The notes under the pieces are model-generated. The model was not told the origin of the DNA and searched no databases. It saw nothing but the letters and a program-made list of their open reading frames with translations. Below are positions 39,070-49,333 of a stretch of 64,000 bases of DNA, one piece after another. The stretch is from NCBI GenBank assembly GCA_010015805.1, contig ML978127.1, positions 744,001 through 808,000 on the forward strand, written 5' to 3'. A program made the position numbers and the translations under genes. This DNA comes from Rhizodiscina lignyota. Taxonomy: Eukaryota. Each line of letters starts with the position of its first letter. Position 1 is the first letter of the stretch.

Positions 39070-41333
39070 TGCTGCTCAGAAATTCGAGAGAATCTAGAGT
39101 GTGTTTATTCGGAAGTCTCAACGGCAGCGATGTCTGCAGCGCTCTTGAGAGTTTCTGGTGCTTCGAGATGGTGAATTAACGACCAGTAGGAAATACGAAG
39201 CACGAAAACGCGAGAGCGAGTGGATTGATGGAAAAGAAGCAAGCAGCGAGTGTAACGGAGAAAAGGAAACAATTGTCTTACGGGCGATGGATGGAATGGT
39301 GCAATTGCACAAAATGTGAGGCCACTGGTGAAAGGAAGCACGCAATAGAGGCTTGTGCGTTCCATACAACGGGCGGAAGTCGCGAGCCTTAATCTCTCTT
39401 TCACCTCCTCCCACAGGGCGCCGGGGGTACAATTCATTTTCTGCCCGCTACTGCCACGTACCATCGATGGCCGAGAGGCCGTACTAATGGGTAACAGCGC
39501 TCGCATATTTCTCTGGCCCGATAAGAGAGGGAGCGAGGTGAGAGGATGGGAAGAGGGCCCAGAAAAGTGGTCTGCGGAGCGCGAGGACAAAGCTCAGCGA
39601 GGAATGCCATACCAAAAGCGGCTTAGTAATGCTGGCCACTCCGATGAATTCCCAACAGACGGCAGTCGAGAAGTTCGCCTCCACGCCTCGACGGGCGTCA
39701 ATCTTCGCGAACGGCTGGTGTCAATCGGCCTTGTCCTGGACTTGCTCGCAGGACGCATGTAGGTACGTTGCAGACTGGCACGAGGCACGAGGCCGCCGGA
39801 CAGGCGTGGAAAGACGTGAGGTCGTCGACTGACGAATGATCGCCAGTAAGGATATCGGCGCTTTTGGCCATGCAACGAGATGCACTGTTAGGCGGAGCAA
39901 ATAAGAGGTCGAGGTCGCCGACTTCCTGCGTCCACGCCTCGTCTCTGCTGGATAGCTGCAATCGTCCCTTCGACACGGCACGCCGAGGCGTCCTGAGAAC
40001 GACAGATGCATGTATGCTTGCCTTTTACGTGGAAAGATACCATCTCACCGGGTTCCAGGCTTCCGGTTGTACGGGTACAGGATCAACGTCGGAAGACGTG
40101 GCATGAGGCGGTGAAGAGCCATCTTCGCCTTCCTCCCCCCAACGCCTTCTTCGACCAGGACGAGGAGACATGAGGGTCGTTTACCGTTTTCCATGAGATG
40201 CAACGATCCCAGCCACTGACATCAAAAACGCCATGAGACCCTGCAGGCTGTACTCCATAGTCGCACGACCTGACGGACTCCATCCCGGCCACGACTCGAA
40301 GGTGTGCTCCCATCGTATATGCAGCTCGAAGATCCGGCAGACTTCGTTATACACGGGATTATGGGTAGCCCTCCCGTCAATAGTGGATCTTGAGGGGCTG
40401 GAGCCGCTTCGGATGCAGCATCTTTTCTTTCATGTAATTGCTTCTGCCGTTGAATCGAGATCATCCCCCAGCAAGTGCTGAATTGGCCAGGGGATCTCTT
40501 CTGGATTGACGCAGAAGAAGCTTCAGCTACACGACCCTGGCGAGCCGCGTATAAATCTCCCACACCCGGCTCGCCTGACCTCGCTGTCTCAAAGTTGGAG
40601 ATGCGGCCGCGCCGCGTCGACCTTTGCTGGATCATGTGGCCAGAATCCTCAGAGCTCTGAAGAGCCTCACCCGGCCGACTTCCGTGCCTTTGCCGAAGTC
40701 TAATTGCTCCTCCCACACCGCTTCTGTAAACGACTGTTTCCGAGCAGAAGCGGAGATCTTGTCTGTTTTAGCCCGGCAGATGCAGAGAATATTGGTGTGC
40801 CCGCTGACTTCCACAAGGAGATCTCGGGCGAGAACCATGAATAATCGATCCGGTAGTCGGCTCGTAAGCAAAGAGGCTTCACAAACGGCCAAATATAAGG
40901 TAGGACGCGGTCGATTCCCAGATGATTAAACAGTGGGAGACGTATTACAGAGACAACGTTGAACTACAATATGCAGCATTGTAAGGGAAACTGATGTCTT
41001 AACGGCTCTCGGGAATAAGAAACCTCAACAAAATTAGAGGGCGGTACTTGCAGATATTTTTCGGCAGGATATTACTTTCACGTTTGAATTATAATACTGC
41101 CACACTCTTCTTCGGGCTTGGTGAGGTTCAACATGAAGTCATCTGACGCAACCGTGACACCAGAGACGTCACTGCCATCAAGTACAAGCCCAGAGAGGAA
41201 TTTAATGCAATCGCACCCATGCGTAGCCGGTGCGCTGGGAATATTCCCGGACACGCCTTCAACTTCCAGGTTGGGATTTTTATTATTCAGGCAACGTAAT
41301 CGGTACATCCACTTCATCGTACATGATTTCACC

Positions 41334-43160
41334 TCATACAGCTCCAGGACAAATCTTCAAGCACTGCAACAACTCTTCCACTCTCGCAATTGCATACCCC
41401 ATGCCCGCATCCTCAAGCCCGATCCCAATGACAACTTCATCATCGAGGTAACCCATCTGCATTTCTTCCAGTCCATGCCTCTCCGTTCTCTTTCCCTTCG
41501 CCTTATTCTTCTTGTTCTTATTCCTTCTCCTTGTCTCCCATTTCGCTTCCTCTCTTCCAAACGTATAGCTCACGCTAACCGTATACGTGAAATACACACC
41601 AAGATCCTTTCCCCTCTCCCCTCTCTTGATCGCATCCAACTGCTCCTCGTCACCATCCCAGTTTTCCTCCGCTGAAAAGTCACTTGCACTCTCATTAGCG
41701 AAGAGCAGCGGATGGCGAGTTATAGCAAGCATGTGAAATGGTGGAGTTGCGGACCAGAGCACGAAGTACCGTTCGTACCGCATGGGTAAGCCGAATCTGT
41801 TACCCAATTTGCGCTGTATCACGGCAAGAAAGACGGTGTTGGACTTGGCAGGCTTGCAACTTTCATCGCTCCGCCGACAGAGGATGAGCTTCAGCGAGTT
41901 CGACGTCTGATGCCAGCTCCCCACATTGTCTTTGTCGTAGTGCATTGATGGTAGGTCTTGTACATCTTTTGGTACTGTCTCCACGCAACTTGGCTCCACT
42001 GGACTTGTCAGATTCTCGGAAGTCAGCCCATTGCCGAGCAGTTTGGCGAAAGTGCGCTTGCGTGGCTTGATTTCGTACTGGATGTAGCTCGCCTGGCCTG
42101 GCCCGGCCGAGAAGTACATCCAGTTCTTCTCAATAGGGCCACGACTGTGTGGCGGATTGCGTGTCAGTTCTGTGAGCGTAGGGTAGGACATCAGTGGTGG
42201 TGCCCGTAGCGGGTCATCGTTGCTATTGGTGGCATTTGATATCAAAACATGAAGAGGGTTGTAGAGCGTGCGAAGGTCGACTAGCCAAAGCCCGAAGCAT
42301 GCATAGCGAGACCTGATGGTAAAAAGCCATGTCAGTTTGATATAGAATGGAATGAAGCCTTGATAAAGCTTTACATACTGTGAGTTCGCAATCATCAATG
42401 GCTCTCCCTTGCCGCTCCAGAAAATCCTAGGGTCGTGGAAGCCAGGTATGTCCGGATACGCCTCGAACTCATCAATGCACTTCTCTGCCGGTGTTGGTGG
42501 TACGTTCAGTAGTATTGGCTTCGTCGCACACCGCATCCCTCCTCCAAGTGATACCAGCAATCTCAAGTCATCTGCAGTACATGGCTGCTCCCATTTCTTT
42601 CTCCCATTAGGCGATCCAGTATAGCAAATGTTCGCTTCACAGAGAACGTTCTCTTGGTGCAAGCCGGAGGTGATGATTCGCGATACGATGAGATATTGGT
42701 TTGGCGACCAGTCCGGAAGTGGTATGATCGTGGGATTGAAGAAGACTCGAGTGTCGTCCAGGTTGTCAGGCGGTGTCATCGAGATGTTGAAAATCGGTGA
42801 TGCCGTCAGTCGACTGTGGCCAGTGAATCTGTTCGGCTTGATTGGACATTGGCTGAGCGGCTCGAGATATCTCTCGGTACTTGTGCTGTTGTTGCTGTTC
42901 GAAGGTTGGGGGGAGTGATGCGTGTAGTGGTACGACAGGGCAGGCGACTGATGGTTCTTCCGCGGGCGCTGGAAGGGAAAGACATGCTGATTGAGATCTG
43001 AGAACGGTATGCGGAGAAACAGTTGAAGTTGGAGCGACCGCTCGAAGATGTGAGACACATGAGGGACGTAGCTGTGAGAAAGGGCGCGATACAAGACCAC
43101 GAGAGCAAGACACAGAAGAGAAGGGACGAAAAAGCGGCGAAGAGACGGAGCGTACAACAT
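41334..43160 (-). CDS. Type II membrane protein, putative glycosyltransferase (beta-mannosyltransferase/GH130-like motifs); in-frame intron 42313-42378
   Basis: N-terminal signal anchor (FFVPSLLCLALVVLY). Motifs FFNPTIIPLP, GFHDPRIFWSGKGEPLMIANSQ and IEKNWMYF. The gene is well supported; the function is inferred. Confidence 0.7.
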   Translation of the reverse strand: MLYAPSLRRFFVPSLLCLALVVLYRALSHSYVPHVSHIFERSLQLQLFLRIPFSDLNQHVFPFQRPRKNHQSPALSYHYTHHSPQPSNSNNSTSTERYLEPLSQCPIKPNRFTGHSRLTASPIFNISMTPPDNLDDTRVFFNPTIIPLPDWSPNQYLIVSRIITSGLHQENVLCEANICYTGSPNGRKKWEQPCTADDLRLLVSLGGGMRCATKPILLNVPPTPAEKCIDEFEAYPDIPGFHDPRIFWSGKGEPLMIANSQYVKLYQGFIPFYIKLTWLFTIRSRYACFGLWLVDLRTLYNPLHVLISNATNSNDDPLRAPPLMSYPTLTELTRNPPHSRGPIEKNWMYFSAGPGQASYIQYEIKPRKRTFAKLLGNGLTSENLTSPVEPSCVETVPKDVQDLPSMHYDKDNVGSWHQTSNSLKLILCRRSDESCKPAKSNTVFLAVIQRKLGNRFGLPMRYERYFVLWSATPPFHMLAITRHPLLFANESASDFSAEENWDGDEEQLDAIKRGERGKDLGVYFTYTVSVSYTFGREEAKWETRRRNKNKKNKAKGKRTERHGLEEMQMGYLDDEVVIGIGLEDAGMGYAIARVEELLQCLKICPGAV

Positions 43161-43539
43161 GGTGCGTGTCTCGCAGAAAGCGCAAACAGTAAGGAACGAA
43201 GTGGAAGATGACACGAACATTGACATGAATGTGCATATGGAGAAGGCAAGGCATACTCCTGCATTAGCAAGTGCTACCTTACGCGCCTTCCTCTAGGCTT
43301 CAACAGCCCTGGCGCATCAATTCTGATGACGAATATCTTTAAACAGCCTTGTGAATCCCCTGGGATTTATGTACACTGCTTAGAGGACTCGAAATCCGCG
43401 TGGTATCGCAGCAAGGCCCGAAAATGCTGCACCTTTTCCGCCTTTACAATTCCCGGTAACGGTATCATAACGAATCGAAAAGCGCCTTAACAATGCTAAT
43501 GCAACCATCAAACCATTTCTCTGTCATGAGAGGTTTACG

Positions 43540-44949
43540 TCAACTCGCTGTGCTTGAAGCCTCATCGCTGACTTTTTGCTTCTTCTTTGGTGTGTTCTCC
43601 GCATCATCATCCTTATCACTTTCCCTTTCCCGCTTCCCATTCTCCGGCTTCACTTTCGACCCGTTTTGTCCTCCAGGTTTCGGTGGCCTCTTCGCGGGTG
43701 TGCCCTCTTTCGTAGTCGGGACACTCGTTTGCGACGGCTTCATCTTCAATACGATCCTCTCCTTGTCCACACTCTTATCTTTATCCTTATCTTTATTCTT
43801 GTCCTTGTCCTTCTCTAGCTTCTCCTGGCTCTGACTGTTAGCCAATGTCTCGCTCGAACTTTGTGCTGCCAGTCTCTCTCGATCCGCCTTCTTGACATAT
43901 TGCCTCTTCTTTACCTTCTTGAGGGGGATATCCTCCAGCTCGTCTCCATCGTCGTCGTCACGGTCTCTCTTCTGTCCTTTCGCCTCGCCCTGATTGCCAG
44001 GACCGGGAGTGCCGGGTCGACTACCCATAGGTGTGCTGCCCATACTTCCGTTCTGCCCACTCAGCTTTGCCATCGCATTTCGACTACTCTGCCTTCCGCT
44101 AATGCCCAGGCACTTCTCCAAGTGTTGCGCGAATCTCGTAATCAGCAGACTCCTCTTGCACCTTGGACACGTATGCCACGGGATGTAGTTCGCGCCTTTA
44201 CTCTGCGGTTGTAGCTTATTGATGCCGTTCTGCACCTGCACGCTTTCGGAGTCTTGTGTGCCACCCTGCGGATCGCTGTTCTGGCTTGCGGGCGTAGAGT
44301 CCTTCTCTGCCCGTGCTTGCTGCTTGATGAGCTCGCGTTCCTTCTTTGTCTTCGCTTGGTCGGTCGGAAACGGCATGCCATACACATCATGGCCGGATTT
44401 CGACACGAATGGGTGGCGTGTGCAGTATTGGGCGTTGAGATCGTCGGGCATCTGAGCGCCGACACCGGAGAGCGGGTATAGGAGACGAGGAAGACGACAT
44501 TGTGGACAGTATATTTGAGGCGTGCTGCGGAGAGGGTTGCCCTTCAGTGTTATGAGGCCATCATTGTACGTCGCACCCGGTGTTTCGACTTTGCCAATCT
44601 TCGCAGTTGTAGGGGTGGGCAAGGAGTTGGAGGGTTTGGTCGGTGTTTCGGAGGATGGGTGAGGAGATTGGAGTTGTGATGACGATGCTGCCATCGAGAC
44701 CTGAGTGGCAGCGGACTGCATTCGTAGGAGCTTCTCGGAGCGATGGGTTTGGAGGACGACGTCGTGGATGATGTTGTACATGGTATCCTCGAAGACAGAA
44801 GTTACCTACAGTTGATTCATGTTAGCTTTGTCAAATTCGTGCCATCATGGCAAGAGTAGACGTACTACTGATGAAAATGTACTTTGTGATATCTGGAGCT
44901 TGGAATTTTCTGACGGCCCCGAGCCGTCGGCTGCGTCTTCTTGCGACAT
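43540..44949 (-). CDS. SGF11: SAGA deubiquitination module subunit Sgf11-like protein (intron 44806-44865)
   Basis: N-terminal helix YNIIHDVVLQTHRSEK and zinc finger TCPRCKRSLLITRFAQHLEKCLGISGRQSSRNA. Confidence 0.85.
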
Positions 44950-46240
44950 TGTGAGTGTGGCGGGTGTAAGATGTAGATGCCTGGTCTGGGAGGCCGAGAA
45001 TATTGGTTTGTATGCTGCCCTTTTCTGTCAAGGAGGAGGGCAGAATGCAGGATGTTCGAGTATTGTTCTATTGTCAGGAGCGTTGGTTCGTGAATGACGC
45101 AGCGGACAATAGCGCTTTCTCGGAAAATAACTGGCGATCCTCCCTGAGCCGCAATGCGGCCACCACCGCCTTCCCCGAGTCTTGAATCCGATACACTCCC
45201 CTCCTCACGCTTCCATGCTATGTCCGTAGAAATCGAGGATGGATGTATGTGTCGAAAGGTCGCGGAGCGTCAGGTCGCTCTTCGGGGCGGAGAAGTTTCG
45301 CTTGAGGGATGCAGTGTCCGGAGGAGGTGATTACTGATCGAAGGCGGTGCGAGACGCTCAGATAGCCGTATGGTGGAATTATTCCTCCAGAATAGCCAGT
45401 ATTGCTCGTTGGCAGCGGTTCCTGGATGGATATATGTGCGGAAGTGCTGTGTGGAGGTGCGGCTCTTCAGTCTCGTGTGCTGGATTTAGGACGCTGTCGC
45501 GCTAACGCAAGCCATGCGGGCCCTCCCGCTTGGCCGTAATCTGGCCAATCGCTCGTCAGGGACGCCCGTCCACTCCCACTCCGCACCTAACTTTCCCCGC
45601 TCTTGGAAAAAGCTTAGGCGGATGTTGGATATTGCCATCTGCATGTGGGGAAACTCTCCGCACGCTGTCGATGGTGGTACAGCAATCGATGAGGCATGTT
45701 CAGGCGCAAATGCTACTTCCCGCCACCTTGTGCTGTCCAGCAGTACAACTTCAGGTAAAGGGTCTTCTGAGCAGGTAGGACAAGAGCCCAACCTTTGGTG
45801 AAATGGGCCCGGAAGCGTGCTTCTGCGGTTTGCTACATGGCCTCCCACATCAGTTGGCCCTGACACGGGAGCAATGCTTCTCCACCCGCCCCGTTCATTG
45901 AGAACGACCGGGACTGTCACAAGTCATTCTCCAACCCAGATTGGACACAAGTCTTAGGATCAAAAAATTGTCTAACAGAGCGGGATGTAACGCTCTGCTA
46001 TGTGCTATCAGCTATGTTCACTCCTCCACACATTTATTCGTTCGTCCAATACCATTGTCGGTCGTTCTACTGCAAGAAATTCTTCATACAAACAATAGCG
46101 TGCTATTCACTTGACGAGTTGGTCATCGGACATCCTGTTGTCAATCATCGTGATCTGCCGTTCTTCCTGGATGCCCTCGGCGGTAGCGCTCTGTAGAAGT
46201 CCCTCAAGGCCGAGCAAAGTCTGTATCTAGCCGAACGGAT

Positions 46241-46360
46241 CAGTGATAGAAATGTACTGGATCTTATCTGGATTAGACTGGATATCTAGTATCATGTAAT
46301 CGAATAATATGGATCTGGATTTTGGATATCCATTTGATCCAGTGGATATCCAGTGACTGG
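46241..46360. mobile_element. Possible DNA-transposon terminal remnant (CAGTG start, dense TGGAT/GGATATCC subterminal repeats)
   Basis: About 8 copies of (C)TGGAT or ATCCA motifs, in both orientations, within 120 bp. No transposase or matching second end is visible. Confidence 0.35.
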
Positions 46361-46936
46361 CCATTCAAGGCTAGAAGATGATATAAGAGATTTCTTCCTG
46401 AGCGAGTGCGGTTTTATGACATCTGAGGAAAGCTTGGGCGATGGTTGGAGTCTCTGTAACTGTGCAAGACAAAGTCGAGGGATATAACTCATGCTTGAGA
46501 ATGTATTCTGACAGCTACTTGAGGACAGTGCTCCCTGCGAACAGGAACACGATTCCTTTCCTAAACTTGATCTAAGTCATCGACCGGGAGGAGGTCGGAC
46601 ATCGACGACACCTGGGAGGAGTAGGATTCTTTGTTTGCCGAGGCCGAATATGATGATGGTGCCGAGGGAGCCGACACGGTACAGGGAAACACGGCGCCCT
46701 TCGACGGCATACCCTCCGCCGCTTTCTGTTCTTCCGTGTTGAATTCATCGATGGTGGAGTATCCGGTCAGTCTTTTGAGGTCTTTGTCCTCAGATGCCTT
46801 TATGGGGACGATTGGATATGAAAAAGGAGGCTTGTTGATGCCTGTGATTGCCATTTGAATTGATGATATCTGATTGTGAAGCACTGGAGAGCGGAGTAGA
46901 GCGTTTGAGTGTCCAAGTGTGCAGGTTAGAACCTCG

Positions 46937-47773
46937 TTACATCTTTTTCGCCAATCCCCCGAGTATGTAGCAGTCGTCAGGATCTCCTTCGACTTTGTCA
47001 CCATCATCGACCCTCCACGCGCCAACGTTAGCTAGTCCTGGCTCTTCCATCTCCCATCCATCACGTTTGAAGATCTTATTAACGATTTCCTGTTCGGTCC
47101 TGCCGTAGGTATTCGTGGAGGCCGCACGGTACTGTTCTGCGACCTGCTCGCCCTTGTCTTCGTCGTATCTGAACTTGCCGTCTTCCGGCGTGTAAAACTG
47201 CGAGGCTGCAAAGTAGCTTCTTGAACAGGCCGCGTTTCGGATTGGATCTATGATAACCGGAAGCTGCGCGTCCGAGAAGAAATGTAAAAGAGATATCATG
47301 AGTATCCCCACAGCTTGCGAGAAATCAATAAGCTGCCGGACATCGGGGTGATCAAGTATCTCTTGCGGATGCAAACAGCTCTCAATGACAACAGCTGAAT
47401 TCTCATCCTTCGCCAAGATCTCTGACCCCAAGGTCTTCACAATCTCTTCATGGTCGACGTACACTACACGCGCATTCGCTTCCCCGAGGACCTCCTGTGC
47501 GATTTCATGCGTGTTGCCATTGGTGGGCAGGCCAGACCCAATGTCAAGGAATTGTCTGACACCTTGGCGTGCCATGAATCGAACAACTCGCCGCAAGAAC
47601 CCACGGTTCATTCGAGCCATTAATGAAATTGTGGGAACGGCATCGAGAGCTTTCTGTGCCGCTGCACGATCAACGGTGCTGTTGTACTGACCGCCCAGGT
47701 AATAATCGTACATGCACGGGACATGTGGGCGGCTTGTGTCGATGATGGTGGAGAGGTATGTCTCGTCAATCAT
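46937..47773 (-). CDS. SAM-dependent methyltransferase, actinobacterial Methyltransf_19 (DUF574) type, intronless
   Basis: IDTSRPH-..MYDYYLGG..N..VDRAAA, ARMNRGFLRRVVRFMA, GVRQFLDIGSGLPT-GNTHEIAQ, ARVVYVD, LIDFSQAVGIL..SLLHF, EPGL..V..WR and YILGGLAKK. Confidence 0.9.
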   Translation of the reverse strand: MIDETYLSTIIDTSRPHVPCMYDYYLGGQYNSTVDRAAAQKALDAVPTISLMARMNRGFLRRVVRFMARQGVRQFLDIGSGLPTNGNTHEIAQEVLGEANARVVYVDHEEIVKTLGSEILAKDENSAVVIESCLHPQEILDHPDVRQLIDFSQAVGILMISLLHFFSDAQLPVIIDPIRNAACSRSYFAASQFYTPEDGKFRYDEDKGEQVAEQYRAASTNTYGRTEQEIVNKIFKRDGWEMEEPGLANVGAWRVDDGDKVEGDPDDCYILGGLAKKM

Positions 47774-49333
47774 GTTTGTGCATCAAGCGCGCCGTGGGCC
47801 GTCGCTTGTCGAAGTAGACGAAGGTTTGTCCCTAGCCAATCGACGCCTTTCAAATAGGGTCCTAACGATTGTCACTTTCCTTGTGTCCGTGTGGGGATCT
47901 GTTCAATCTGATGAAGAAATATAAAGATTAGCAACTGGCAATCCACCAGGTGGTTACGTTCTGGCCCTGATGAAACAGTTGAGCGGTATATTTTGAGATG
48001 CATATATGACTTGAAACGACGATGAAATGCCAAAAACTCCGATTGTCAACGAGCAGGATTTCCGGTTTTGTGGTTTTGTCACACCTCAGATGCGAACTTG
48101 ACCACAATCCCCACTTTGGGGTTACGTCGACATGTCGTACGATACAGGTGATGAAGCCGATCCCCTCTGCGCCTTAAATCTTCAACGACGATCTCATCAT
48201 TGCGTGATTGAGAAGTCGAAGCTGAGACTCGCGAGGAACAACATCGCTTCGCCTGAAGCAACGAACACAATGAAATGTGTAGCATCTTTCACCGTACTCT
48301 AATTTGCAGATCACGCGTCTTGCAAGGAACTCAGCAAAGCGAAACAAAGCGAGTAGCGAGTTGCTGGTATGTATCTTCAGATTCGGGCCTATCGTACCGG
48401 CATCACGAGTCAGCTGTCTCGGTGTTACAATTCCATGAGTAGGTTGCCTGGACCGTTGGAACCACTCCGTATGCATCGCTTCGTTCAGAACAGGCACGGC
48501 CACGGGCAGCTGTGCATATATTCGCCCCTCCTCGAAGTGTTGGCCTTCGTGGCGTCCGGGGGACACTCCGATGCTTCTGTTCTGTGCGGATTAAAGCGGA
48601 GAAGATGGCAGGCGACCCCTCTTGTCCTCTTGTGAGTATGAGGCGGTGATGGTTTAGTTCCCGCCAGCAGGGCGAACCGGCTTGATCGGCAAGTGCTCCG
48701 ACTGAAGAATTGGAACAAAGTGACGGGGACGGGACCAGCATGTGGCACATGAGAGATACGTGGATAGATAGGGAACTCAGGGACTAGTGTGCTGGAGTAC
48801 GCTCGGCAGATTACCTGAAGAAACGACGAGATACTAGATAGACACTGGGAAAAAAGTGCGAAGTGACTAAGCGCTTGCCACGATACCAGAGCAAGCACGG
48901 CGGCCTTGTGATGATGCTGGCCTCGTGGGAATAAAGGGACGATGCTCGGGGTAGTCGACCTGTGGCGGGGAGGGCGTTGTCCACATTGCTCACGCATGGC
49001 AGCTCCGCGCGCTCTAGAAGGCCCCGGGGCTGCGGTGCCACCAGCAGGGCCACTTGGGCATGAGAGCGTGTGCGAATAACGGCTGCACCGCTGAGTTTGC
49101 TCGCGTATCTATTCGTTATCGCGCGCCGTATCATGCAGCAGCAGCGGATGGGCGTGAGATGAGCCTGGTTAGTCCCCACGTAATTCCGCTCCCCTCCCAC
49201 CTTCACAGGCCAGTCCACACCCAACTCCAGATTGTTCGTCAGTCAGAACCTTCCCCACTGCCTGCTTGCGAATCTGGGTCGCTGCACTTGAGGTCGAGTC
49301 GAGTATGGGACACGCGCCTTGAGCGACGCTCTT

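Noticed and set aside
40015..40040. GCCTTTTAC matching U5 snRNA loop I
   Set aside because: The flanks do not form the closing stem and no Sm site follows.
45100..46000. GC-rich intergenic region as a possible structured ncRNA (telomerase RNA, RNase P/MRP)
   Set aside because: No telomere template (TAACCCTAA) and no RNase P/MRP conserved boxes were found by eye.
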